In this document: positions 33,866 to 44,597 of the stretch, one piece after another
Numbering within the stretch: position 1 is the stretch's first letter
Layout: each line of letters begins with the position of its first letter
NCBI GenBank assembly: GCA_965261545.1
Contig: CBDHDF010000002.1
Location: forward strand, 256,001 to 320,000
DNA length: 64,000 bases
Direction: 5' to 3'
Source of the DNA: Bdellovibrionales bacterium
Lineage (GTDB): Bacteria; Bdellovibrionota; Bdellovibrionia; Bdellovibrionales; UBA1609
The notes under the pieces: generated by a model
What the model saw: only the letters and a program-made list of their open reading frames with translations
Database searches by the model: none
Told to the model about the DNA's origin: nothing
Position numbers and translations under genes: made by a program

Positions 33866-34377
33866 TAGTTAGAAGAATACTCACTGAGTTTTTTTTTGAA
33901 TGATTGCTTTATAACATCAGCTGAGATAATAGGTTTATTATCAAGATTATACTTACAATTTTCAGCAACAATAGTCCATGGCTCACCTTTATCATGAGTC
34001 ATATTAGATAGTTGAATGCCTATCTTATCACCATAACAATTCCATATATTCTCAAGAAAATTATCAATATTTTTTTCTACATGAGGTGCTTTTTCTCCAT
34101 TACTTAAAACAATATTACCTAATCTATCTATATTCCTTCTTCCAAATTCTCTAAATTCATAATAAAGAGACCGAATAACTGGACCGTGAGGCCAAGCCTC
34201 AATGTTTTCTTGAAATAATTGTGTATCGTAATAAACAAGATACCAGCCAGCAGCATAAAACGTGAGTTTGTTAATTTTTATTTGATCGCAAGGTGGAGCC
34301 GATTGATCTTGCCAGTTTTTTATTAAAAACCAATTTGCAATAGCTATTGGATAAGATGGATATATATTATGTGTCAT
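33865..34377 (-). CDS. Panacea/DUF4065 (SocA/GepA-like) antitoxin
   Basis: IANWFL...KINKLTFYA...FQENIEAWPHGPV...LSNMTHDKGEPW. Confidence 0.88.
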   Translation of the reverse strand: MTHNIYPSYPIAIANWFLIKNWQDQSAPPCDQIKINKLTFYAAGWYLVYYDTQLFQENIEAWPHGPVIRSLYYEFREFGRRNIDRLGNIVLSNGEKAPHVEKNIDNFLENIWNCYGDKIGIQLSNMTHDKGEPWTIVAENCKYNLDNKPIISADVIKQSFKKKLSEYSSN

Positions 34378-35099
34378 TTATGATCTCCATTCCTTAATTC
34401 CTTCATGTTACTCACTTACCTTCGAGTTTACTCTATGATTAGTGCGAAGACAATATGCGTCAAGCCGAAGGTGCTCCACCGACTGCCAGCCTTTTGTACA
34501 CCACCATTTAACCTAAGTCTATGGCAAATTGAGTAGTAAATTGACAATCCTTTAATTTATTTCTTGAATGATTTTTGATACTTAGAAGACCGTGTCTCAT
34601 ATTGGCTCATGAAGCAGCATCAATTAAGTAGGGCACTATGATATATTTAATATTTTATTTAATTTAGTACCCGTCAATAACGTCTAGAAATTTAATAGTA
34701 TTTTTATGAGACAATTCAGACTGTGCTGAAGGACTCCAAAAGTTTGACAGTTCCAGGATTCTAGGAAATCCTCCTTAAGAACCGCTCAAAGTTCAATAAG
34801 GAGGATTATATGAGTTATGAAAAACTCAAGCATACAACTTGGGATTGCAAATATCATGTTATATTTATTCCAAAGTTTAGGAAAAAGTCTATTTTTGGTC
34901 AACTCAAAAGGAGTCTTGGCCCTGTGTTTAAGGACTTGGCACGTCAAAAAGAAGCAAATATTGTGGAGAGCCATTTAATGGTGGACCATGTCCACATGCT
35001 TTGTCAGTTCCTCCCAAATACTCTGTTGCTCAAGTGGTGGGTTTTAAGGTAAGAGCGCTATGTGGGTTGCGAAACATGTTGCTGGAAAACAAAGAAATT

Positions 35100-37104
35100 G
35101 TGTGCCACGAAGTCACGGAGGTGACATGCTGATGTGAAGATGGAGGTAGGCCCTCCGTACTCGGATTTCAGGATTTGAGTGCAAACAACCTTGCTGCTGC
35201 ATGGGAGGCAAGGCCCTTGTAGTGAGCGAGCAAGGAAAAGGCCGTCGTAAACGGTCATGTAAGTACTAGGGAGATGAGCGAAAGCAAACCCACCGAAGAC
35301 GCATCGAAATGTTAACAGTCACGTCAAAACCGAAGGAAGAGTTTCTCCGTCGGGACAAGCCTCAATGCCGTTTCCTTAAGAAAAATCTCTTGAAATCATT
35401 AGATAAATCGACAAGAATAAGACTTGTTTTATTTTACACCCAACCCTCAACCAAGGAGTAAGTCACATGCAATCCAATATTGATCTCGAAAGCCCCCAAA
35501 TGACGAGTTCGCGTCACAGATGACCATTTTATTCTACCAAAACTTGATTCTTCCTTCAAGCCAGAGCACCTTGTCGATCCAGAAAAACAAAAAAGGAATC
35601 GAAAATTTAATCCTCAAATTTTCTTTTTTACCATTATCTATCTTATTTCCGGAACAAATTACGAAGGCTACCAAATCGCTCTTAAGACGGTATGGACTCA
35701 TTTTGGTGACCTGCTTCTCATGCCAGTCAAAAGCAGTCTCAGCAAGATACGTCAAAGTATTTCTTACCTATTTTTCAAAGATATCTTTGAATCTCTGATT
35801 ACAGACTACGAACCATTGAGAAAAACGTTTCATGGTTTTTATATCTATGCCATAGATGGCGACCAATTAGCACTTCCTCGCTCTAAAGATCTTTTAAAGG
35901 AGGGTTATTGTGGGTACCCTTGCCCAAATGAGATGGAAACTCATTTCTTACGTATGTATCTATCTCATGCTTATGACGTTTTATCGGGTGTGACAAAGAA
36001 TCTTTGCTTTTCTCCCGCTCTCAACGAAATCGCCAATGCTATTCAAATGATAGGTAGTTTTGAGAGTAATAGCATAACTCTCTACGATAGGCTTTATTTA
36101 TCTACAGAGATTATTAAGGCCCATGCTCAAGCCAGTAACTTCTTTATTGCGCGTTGTAAGCGAGGCTCTACTTTTATCCCCATCGTAAATTTATTTAATG
36201 GCCCAGGTTGGTATTCATAAATGGTTATTGAGGGGGTGGTCATTCATCTCTATAAGTATAAAAACCCAAAGACTGGGGAGTTCTCTGTTTTGGCCACTAA
36301 TCTTCCGCATGGCTCCTTGGACAAGAAGGATATGGTTGCTCTTTACTCTCGTCGTTGGGAAATAGAAACGACATTTCGTGATTTTACATCGACAATGAAA
36401 ATGGAGCAGTGGCACTCAACAAGCCTTAATGGAATATTGCAAGAGCTGTATTCTTATTTTTGGCTCTTCAATTATACAAAGATTCAAATGAGCATAAATG
36501 AGGATGAAGACAGTGTGAATCAGTTGGTAAAAAATGACTACAAAAAACCTAACTTTAAACTGATTCTTGATTTCATAATGGATAGCATCCCTCTTTTTGT
36601 TGCGGGGCTCTATCAGAAATTTAGGAAGCAGATAAAGTTGCTGATGAAGATTTCAATGGAGAAGAGGAGGCACTTCAAAAGAAGCTATGAAAGGTCTATC
36701 AAAAGGGCTGGGAGTTCTTTTAAAAGAAATAGCTTAACGCAGAGGGGTGTGGTGGCTTAAGGAAACGGCATTGGGACAAGCCTAGAGGAAGCCTGATGAC
36801 CGATCTAGACGGCGTGCGGTGTATATAGGGGGCTGAACTAGTACAGGCTTCGTATCGGAACGCGGGAACCTGCTGGTGGATGATAAGGGAGACCCCCGAA
36901 GTGCTAAATACCGATGCCACCAACCAGGGGCAGAGTGATTCGTAGTAGTGATGAAGTTCTTGTAATGAGAATGGAGCGAAGGGGTCACATGATTTATGGA
37001 AGTAGTCAGGCCAACTTGGTTATGCTGAGGAGGAGCCTAACAAAACGGAAAATCATAGGAGCCGTGTGAGGGGCAGTGGGGGAAGTTCCCATTGCCTACT
37101 CAAT
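35100..37104 (+). ncRNA. ORF-less group II intron (IIB-like) inserted in IS200 tnpA and interrupted by IS4
   Basis: 5' end gtgtgccacg; cggaacgcgggaacctgc; DIII cgtagtagtgatgaag...gtaatgagaatggagcgaagg; shortened DV ggagccgtgtgag; 3' end cctactcaat; removing it restores the tnpA frame locally. Confidence 0.85.
35363..36773 (+). mobile_element. IS4-family element (second full copy) with broken transposase
   Basis: Same 18-bp IR; 10-bp TSD ggacaagcct; near-identical to 26696-28111. Confidence 0.92.
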
Positions 37105-37327
37105 TTTCAGGCCAAAGCTTTTGGTCTAGAGGATACTTTGTATCAACGGTTGGTCGAGATAAGATTGTCATTCGAGAGTACATCAAAAATCAAGAGGTGG
37201 AAGACCAGCGGGTAGATCAACTAAAGTTGTTTTAAATTATAGCCGGCGTAGCCGGCCAGACCGCTTTGAGCGGTCACCTTTTGGAACCTCCAGCTTTACT
37301 GGAGGGGCAACCATTAAGCTATTTCTT

Positions 37328-37431
37328 GTAACTGTTCAGGGGGTAGCAGAGTTCAAGAGGTAAATTGCTCCTTCTTATCAGAGAAAATATAAATCTCTCT
37401 CTGTAAACTCATGCCCCCCCTGAATAGATAC
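37328..37431. mobile_element. IS66-like MITE (~104 bp); partial copies at 15196-15285, 17842-17877 and 28803-28840
   Basis: gtaactgttcagggg...cccctgaatagatac IR with a GTAA-type terminus; internal sequence recurs elsewhere in the window. Confidence 0.65.
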
Positions 37432-37633
37432 GTTATTTCTTTGTCTTTGTGAAGAAATTCCCTAGATCCATTTAAAAAATATTCTTTGGATTTCAAGCCA
37501 TAGTTTTTAAAATTGTAGTGGGATTGCACGGTGATTAACCTGAATTTCTGCCCAGAAGTATACACCAGGTTTCTTAAGGGCGTATCACATGGTTTTTGAG
37601 AACATTTGAGTCTACTGATCGTAATATTCTTTC

Positions 37634-39521
37634 GAGCCTGTAAACTATTTTGTGTAACTGCCGAATCATATTAGGATGAACTATCATCCTGAAAGGAGAA
37701 GGCAGAATGGATATCAAGACAATAGGCAAGGAACTAGCGAAGAACGTCAAGACCCAAAAGGATTTATCCGACATAACGGGTCAACTGATGAAGGTTGTTT
37801 TAGAGACGGCCCTTAATGCGGAAATGGACGATCACCTAGGTTATGAGAGGCATGAGAAGTCTGAGACCCGCAAATCCAACACTCGCAATGGTTACAGTAG
37901 AAAGACCATAAAGGGAGAGAAAGGCGAGGTGGAGCTTCAGGTCCCCCGTGACCGAAGTGCCTCCTTTGAACCTCAAGTCATTCCCAAGGGTAAGACTCGT
38001 CTTGAGGGCTTTGAAGACAGTATCCTGACCCTCTATGCGAGGGGAATGACGACCAGGGATATTCAAGGAGCTATCAAAGACCTCTACCATGGTGCAGAGA
38101 TATCCCACTCAGTGATAGCCAACGTGACGGATGCTGTTATTGATGAAGTTACGGCTTGGCAGAACCGCCCCTTGGATAGCACTTACCCTATCGTATTTTT
38201 GGACTGTATCGTGGTGAAGGTCCATCAAGACAAGAGAGTTATTAATAAGGCGATTTACCTAGCTCTTGGTATTACAGAGGAGGGTCAGAAAGACTTGTTG
38301 GGCCTATGGATTTCTGAAAATGAGGGTTCAAAGTTTTGGTTGAGTGTTTTGACTGAGCTGCAAAATCGAGGGTTGAAAGATGTATTTATATTTTCTGTAG
38401 ATGGTCTTACAGGTTTTCCTCAAGCCATTTCAGCGGCTTTTCCCAAGTCTAAAGTGCAACTGTGCATTGTCCATATGGTCCGCAATTCCCTTCGCTATGT
38501 TCCTTCCAAGGATATGAAAGCTGTCGCCCAAGACCTCAAGTCCATTTATGGCTCTACGACTCTGACAGAAGCTGAAAAGGCCCTTGAGGAATTTTGTACC
38601 AAGTGGTCTTCAAAGTATCCGAATATTGAAAAGTCTTGGCGTAGGAATTGGGACAATCTCATCACTATTTTCGATTATCCGGATGAAATCAGAAAGATTT
38701 TTTATACCACAAACGCCATAGAGTCGTTAAATAGCGTGATCCGCAAGGCGATCAGAAATCGTAAGATATTTCCCAGTGATCGGTCGGCTTTAAAAGTTGT
38801 ATATTTAGCGATAAAAATGGCCTCTAAGCGATGGACACGACCATTACACAACTGGAAGCCAGCCATGAACAGGTTTGCCATTGAATACGGTGACCGTTTT
38901 GACAACTAAGTTTTTTAATAAGGTCCACCACCTGCCTTATAAGGGGGCTTAAAAGCCCCTCTAAGGCGTTGACAGAAGTACTGGAATACCGAGACTATGG
39001 TTAGGGTAATATAGTATGGGAACCTAAATACATGCCCTCTTGGTGCAGATTTGGGTTTCCATTTTTTTTCATATTTCATCCCAATTCTGGTATTTCTCGA
39101 ATATCCTAAGTTAAAAAAAATAAAAAAAAGGGGGTAATATAGTATGGGAACCTAAACACATGAACCCTTTGATGAGATTGGAATTTCCATTTTTTTGAGA
39201 GAGCCATTGCTGATTTTTTTTCAACCAAGATGATAATTATTTATTTGAGTTCTTTCCAGTTCTGATATGATCCCATTACGGCTCCATAATACAATCAAAA
39301 GTCCAGAGTAACTAAAGAGGCCAATTATATAGACCAGCGAAGATGTCCCCTCCCCATTAACTTATAATGCATTGTGACTGACAAAATCGCTTGAAGGAAA
39401 AAATGTCAATTATACATTGACGAATAATATGGGACTGTGCTTTTTACCAGGAGTGGAGCCACATAAGTGGCTTTAAGATTTAAGAAAAAAATTGCAGTTA
39501 CACAATTATTTTTACAGTCCC
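37634..39521 (+). mobile_element. IS256-family element inserted in the IS1634 transposase 3' end
   Basis: Imperfect IR gagcctgtaaactattttgtgtaactgc / gcagttacacaattattttttacagtccc; 8-bp TSD attctttc. Confidence 0.9.
37707..38909 (+). CDS. IS256 transposase (appears intact)
   Basis: RNGY, VPRDR, FLDC, VDGLTGF, QLCIVHMVRN, YTTNAIESLN. Confidence 0.95.
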   Translation: MDIKTIGKELAKNVKTQKDLSDITGQLMKVVLETALNAEMDDHLGYERHEKSETRKSNTRNGYSRKTIKGEKGEVELQVPRDRSASFEPQVIPKGKTRLEGFEDSILTLYARGMTTRDIQGAIKDLYHGAEISHSVIANVTDAVIDEVTAWQNRPLDSTYPIVFLDCIVVKVHQDKRVINKAIYLALGITEEGQKDLLGLWISENEGSKFWLSVLTELQNRGLKDVFIFSVDGLTGFPQAISAAFPKSKVQLCIVHMVRNSLRYVPSKDMKAVAQDLKSIYGSTTLTEAEKALEEFCTKWSSKYPNIEKSWRRNWDNLITIFDYPDEIRKIFYTTNAIESLNSVIRKAIRNRKIFPSDRSALKVVYLAIKMASKRWTRPLHNWKPAMNRFAIEYGDRFDN

Positions 39522-40990
39522 ATTCTTTCTTGATGTTTACTTAAAGTCACAGATCTAATAAATTTATTTTTCTTTTTATTATCACAAAAATAAACATTGT
39601 ACATATCCTCTAAATCTTCAATTGCTTTTTCTGACGATATATCTATGCCTTTAGATTTTAAGTTTAATTTTAAAATTGATAGTATAAGATAAGATAAATA
39701 GCATATAAACACGTGAGTCTCCACACGTTTTTTTAATCTAAATCGAATAGGCCTTAACTTTGATACTCCCTTAAGAGTACGAAATGCTTTTTCTATAATA
39801 TCTTTATCATAATAAAGTCTTACCATATCTTCATCAGGTATATTTTTAGTACAAAAAATACATGAGTATCCATCAAATTCTTCAGCATTTTGAAGTACGA
39901 ATTCTCTTAATCTTCCTGTAGAAGTTAAATATTTATCAAGACCGATCAAAATTTCTTTATTTTCATTTATTAATTTCTGAGCTTCCACAATTTTGTTTCT
40001 TCTAGATTCTTTAATCTCTATTCTCTTAGTCTCATTATAACAAATGGCTAATTTTCCTTTAATCGATCCAAATTTGTGTGGAATTCCTTTGACATAAATA
40101 ACATTTCCATTTATTTGAACCATGTTAGAAAATTGATCCATAGACCCCTTCTTCAACAATTTTCTAATGGCATTCTTTTCTTTTTCTCTCATTGTTAATC
40201 CACAAAGTGTTTTCCAGCCCATTTTACCTATAGAATTTAGGTTTTTTTCAGAGGTGATGCCTCGGTCATATACAAATAAACCTGAATTCAATCGGTACTC
40301 ACTAAAACTATCTGAAAGAGACATTAAGGTTCTACTGTCATGAATATTTCCCTTGAAACTTTTATGAAAAACTGGGATGCCTTCTTTTTGAGTTGTTGCT
40401 AAACCTATTTGTATGAGGTCATTTTGACGTTTGCCATCTTTACTCTTTCCTTTCTCTCCAAAACCACATGTTTTTCCATGAAAATAAGTATTTGTTACAT
40501 CGTAAACAATTCCTTTTGAATTTAATTTATATATCTTCTTTACATTGTTAAAGATATTTCTTTGATATTCATGTATCTTAGATTCATTTAGATTATCCAT
40601 GGCTGAGACTAAACGATTTTCTGTTAGCTTGTCTAAACCTAAAAGAAGATTTAAATCTGTACGCTTATACCATGATGGCATTTTGTGAACACTCTTATAA
40701 TCCATACAATGAGCATAAACCATACTTAATATTTCATTAGAATATTCTCCTAGAATATCTGGAAGATTAATCTTCTTCGCAATACTATGAAATACAAGAA
40801 GTGGGCCATAAATTTTTACACTATCAACTTGAAGATCTTTTGATGAAAGAGAAATTACTGTTTCACCGTCGACTTCTTTGCCAAGATAACGAATGTGTTT
40901 TTGCACAGACTTACCATCAATCCACTTATTTTCAACCTCAGCTAAATAAACTTGACCGTTCTTTTTCTTTATTCTTCTTATAAAACTCAT
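39512..40990 (-). pseudogene. IS1634 transposase; native C-terminus (ILRSVDSNVLKNHVIRP) displaced to 37574-37633
   Basis: YDVTNTYFHG, KGKSKDGK, VYDRG, YYDKDIIEKAFRTLK, LRPIRFR, HVFICYLSY. Confidence 0.88.
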
Positions 40991-41159
40991 TTCACCCCCT
41001 TTGTCATGGTGTATATTTTATACACCATTTTTGAGAAAATGAAAATAGATTTTTTATTAAAATCTAAGAAAAAATTGAATTTTCCCTTTGAAAATGAGAT
41101 TTTTTCAAAATTTTTGAAGAAGAATAATCCTGGTGTATATTTTTAACCATGAATTCAGG

Positions 41160-42150
41160 TGATTAAATAAGAGAAAAAAGGTTTATCTTGATCAAAATCT
41201 TTCTTCATATACTGAACGGATTGTTGGTAAAAAGGAGCATCTAAGGCTCCCATCGTTCCCATCTGTGCTCCTTGAAAGGATTCTTTACCGAAGTGCTTTC
41301 TCTCAATGCCTATGCTTTCATGGAGTTGATTGCGTCTAAAGAAATTAATTTCATTGGCGTGGAAAGAGGCTGTTTGGTAACCTTCTTCTTTGAGAAGATC
41401 GACGAGTGTGAAGTAGGATTTTTTGACATTAAAGGGCTTGGCAGGATGTGGGAAGAGGCTTGTAAAACACCTCTTTCAGGGTCGGAGCTTCCCCCCGAGT
41501 TGTGGATGGCATAGAAATTCTCAAAATTATGAGAAAATTCTTTGAAAGTACTTGAAAAATAGAATTTATAGGAACAATAAGATTCATAAGGACGAAGATA
41601 AAACTATAGAGAACGAGTCTTTTGTACACCATTTTTTTATAAAGTTTTATTTCTTGAAAGTTGGTAAAAAAGAGGAGAGAGGAAGTAAGAACCAACAAAG
41701 TCATGCTGTGGCCAGGGTGAAAAGTCCATAGACTCCAAGAAACAAAAGGAGAATATTGATATAGTTGTATGCAAAACATGAAATAATGAATGAATAAACA
41801 AAAGAACACAAAAAACGAGGCCCCGATGGGCGAGGAGAGAAACCAATGAACAATTCCATTGTGGATGATGTTGGAATTTAGTTTCTTATCCGGACGGGAG
41901 GGCTTACTTGTTATTATGTTATGATGAATATGAAAAAGTTGCACCTGGTCACCATCTGGAGGTTTTTTTATTGAACTTATTATATAAATTTATTATAAAT
42001 TTCCTTATAAAAAGGCACCCTATGCTACCAAGGACACCAATAAGAAATGGTCCAGAGATAAGGTCTTGCAAAAATGACTCTCTACGCACAAGCGGCAATA
42101 ACGAGTCGCATTATTTCTTATCGGTTGCATGAAATCAATAGTGAATGCTA
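41160..42150 (-). pseudogene. Degenerate duplicate of the LTA-synthase gene and its upstream region (continues at 37432-37478)
   Basis: Colinear with 21200-22800 but with several deletions and frameshifts. Confidence 0.85.
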
Positions 42151-42199
42151 GAAAGTTCAAACAACTTCCCTTAATTTTAATAACTTAGGAGTCAATATC

Positions 42200-42799
42200 A
42201 TGAGTAAAGCAGAGAAAATAAAAACATATTCAAGCTTGTGGGAAGAATTGTGTGATTTACCAGAAAATGTTGTGGGTGAGATTTTTAACGATGAACTTGT
42301 GGTCTCTCCAAGACCGGCTCCCAAATACGCTGTTACTTCTTCTTCTCTTGGTGGTGAACTTGTAAATCCATTTCAAAAAGGTAAAAACGGGGGGCCAGGA
42401 GGTTGGTGGATTATTGATGAACCAGAGCTTCATCTCGAAAAACCTGTTCAAAAAAGAGAGAAGACCAATGTGATTGTACCTGACTTAGCAGGTTGGAAAA
42501 AAGATCGTCTCCCAAAGCTTCCAGAAACGGCTTATTTTGAGCTACCTCCAGACTGGGTTTGTGAGGTTTTGTCTCCATCAACAGCTTGTTATGACAGGGT
42601 TTCAAAGATGAGGATATATGCCATTAATGAAATCCCTTATTATTGGGTGATAGACCCCATCGGTAGAACTTTAGAAATTTTTGTTCTTCAAGATGAAACC
42701 TACCGAATGGAGATAGGTTTTACTGGAAGCGATGAGGTTTTAGCTCCGCCCTTTGAAGCGATCGGGTTAGATTTAGGGGCACTATGGGATTACGAATAA
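42200..42799 (+). CDS. Uma2-family endonuclease (second full copy)
   Basis: Highly similar to 28851-29450; RBS aggag. Confidence 0.9.
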   Translation: MSKAEKIKTYSSLWEELCDLPENVVGEIFNDELVVSPRPAPKYAVTSSSLGGELVNPFQKGKNGGPGGWWIIDEPELHLEKPVQKREKTNVIVPDLAGWKKDRLPKLPETAYFELPPDWVCEVLSPSTACYDRVSKMRIYAINEIPYYWVIDPIGRTLEIFVLQDETYRMEIGFTGSDEVLAPPFEAIGLDLGALWDYE

Positions 42800-42876
42800 G
42801 CCGTCATTTGCCTAGAATGTTACCCATGAGCAGCTTGCCTCTTTGGGTTCGTCGCTGTGTCGGGAAAGAGCTTTTC

Positions 42877-43947
42877 TCAGGATTTTGTGTTTTTGACTTT
42901 TTTACGCAGCTTTTCCACGTCTTTGGAAGTGAGTCTAGTACATAGACAAATCGCTTCTACCTCAAAGCCATGTTGAATCATTCGTAATGCCATCTCTTCG
43001 CGACCCTTCTCGATACCCTTCTCGATACCCTTCTCGATACCCTTCTCGATACCCTTCTCGATACCCTTCTCGATACCCTTCTCAAGACCCTTTTCGATAC
43101 CCTTTTCGATACCCTTCTCGATACCCTTCTTAAGGCCCTTTCTCATCCCCTTTTCCTCAGCTTCATCCAAAGAACATTGCAATGCTGACATAACTCTTTG
43201 ATCCTCCTCGATACTTTCTTTTTCAATCTTACTGAGTACATTTAAAGTAAAATCTGAATCGTTTCGGTGGATATAATCCACTGCTTTTTGAATAAGGAAC
43301 TGTTGATCCTTCTCACCTAAGTTTGTACCCATCTGAAACAGCTCCACAATGGTCTCATGGCGAAGTTTCCAGATACTACTCATTATAAGCAAAATCGGTC
43401 TAGAAAGCAAATTCCTGCCAACTCCACGGTAAAGGTTTATATCATGAATATTCAACAACTTACAACGAAAATTGAGGATATTCTTCCCAAATTTTTGTCT
43501 TAGAACGGGGGTGAGCCCATCCAGAGAATCTTGAAAATTCAGGGGGCCTCTCCAGTGTTTTTGGCGTCCGTGATAGACCAGTATGGGAATGACTGGATAG
43601 TTCCAGCGATTGTAAACAAGGGTCTGGTACCTCAGAATTTGTTGGAGCACTTGAGAATCTTGATGACTTTTGTGTTCGAGCAGAAAAAAAAGACGCACCC
43701 TTTTTTTGGACCCCTTGACTTGAACTGAGAATAAAAGGTCAATACGCCGTTCATTGCCCTCTTCATCTGTAAAGACAGTTATTTCTGGTTTGAGAGTTTT
43801 CCAGTTAAAGAGCTTAAACTCCTGTGTCGTCAAGACAAGACGGAAAATGTCTAGGCAATATCTCTCATTCAGGAAAGTTTCATTGAATAGAGCATTATGG
43901 GCCTGAGACTGTTGTTTTCTTTTTTCTGAGATTTTCTTTGGAGGCAA
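42877..43947 (-). CDS. Rpn type B, array copy 1 (10 repeats, 356 aa)
   Basis: Rpn motifs; repeats counted in the translation. Confidence 0.9.
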   Translation of the reverse strand: MPPKKISEKRKQQSQAHNALFNETFLNERYCLDIFRLVLTTQEFKLFNWKTLKPEITVFTDEEGNERRIDLLFSVQVKGSKKRVRLFFLLEHKSHQDSQVLQQILRYQTLVYNRWNYPVIPILVYHGRQKHWRGPLNFQDSLDGLTPVLRQKFGKNILNFRCKLLNIHDINLYRGVGRNLLSRPILLIMSSIWKLRHETIVELFQMGTNLGEKDQQFLIQKAVDYIHRNDSDFTLNVLSKIEKESIEEDQRVMSALQCSLDEAEEKGMRKGLKKGIEKGIEKGIEKGLEKGIEKGIEKGIEKGIEKGIEKGIEKGREEMALRMIQHGFEVEAICLCTRLTSKDVEKLRKKVKNTKS

Positions 43948-44597
43948 TGTCAGTCTTTCAAGTGAAGAGGGTTTTAGATGGGGCGGCTTAAGAAGATTAT
44001 GGACAAGTGTATGAGCAAGTGAGCGGAGTTATCTGTCCATAAATCATCAAGACAAGGTAAAAGGGGGTGGGTTCTCCGGTCAAGTCAGATCAAGTCAAAA
44101 ATTGGAAAGTCATCATTAACTATCATAAAACCGGAGAATTGATTATTCTTATCCTCCTCTCCGATATGGCTATCGCCGCCCTCTTCCGCTGTAATTGTAC
44201 CTGACTTAGCAGGTTGGAAAAAAGATCGTCTCCCAAAGCTTCCAGAAACGGCTTATTTTGAGCTACCTCCAGACTGGGTTTGTGAGGTTTTGTCTCCATC
44301 AACAGCTCGTTATGACAGGGTTTCAAAGATGAGGATATATGCCATTAATGAAATCCCTTATTATTGGGTGATAGACCCCATCGGTAGAACTTTAGAAATT
44401 TTTGTTCTTCAAGATGAAACCTACCGAATGGAGATAGGTTTTACTGGAAGCGATGAGGTTTTAGCTCCGCCCTTTGAAGCGATCGGGTTAGATTTAGGGG
44501 CACTATGGGATTACGAATAAGCCGTCATTTGCCTAGAATGTTACCCATGAGCAGCTTGCCTCTTTGGGTTCGTCGCTGTGTCGGGAAAGAGCTTTTC

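Larger units (their letters stand above)
33414..34640. mobile_element. Non-autonomous element with IRs and TSD (IS1595-like) carrying a TA-like gene pair
   Basis: Perfect 28-bp IR catagtgccctacttaattgatgctgct; 8-bp TSD atatattt (33406-33413, 34641-34648); no transposase ORF inside. Confidence 0.85.
34727..37312 (+). mobile_element. tnpA: IS200-family element; tnpA split (34810-35099 and 37105-37235) and frameshifted; boundaries approximate
   Basis: WDCKYHVIFIPK...DHVHML (HUH); rejoined exons read KQRNFSGQSFWSRGYFVSTVG...IREYIKNQ; 3' hairpins gaccgc-tttga-gcggtc and cctccag-cttta-ctggagg. Confidence 0.85.
37479..41159 (-). mobile_element. IS1634-family element inserted in an LTA-synthase pseudogene
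   Basis: Ends cctgaatt / gaattcagg; TSD tgattaa; flanks rejoin to match the intact gene at ~21190-21215. Confidence 0.85.

Noticed and set aside
42995..43135. 12-bp tandem repeats (cccttctcgata)n as a CRISPR array
   Set aside because: No spacers; the repeats are in-frame coding (GIEK) within Rpn; no cas genes in the window
44290..44520. Repeated 76-aa ORF (MSPSTARYD...) as a dedicated small partner or immunity gene in the array
   Set aside because: It is the 3' part of uma2 left by the duplication junction; no convincing RBS; expression cannot be excluded
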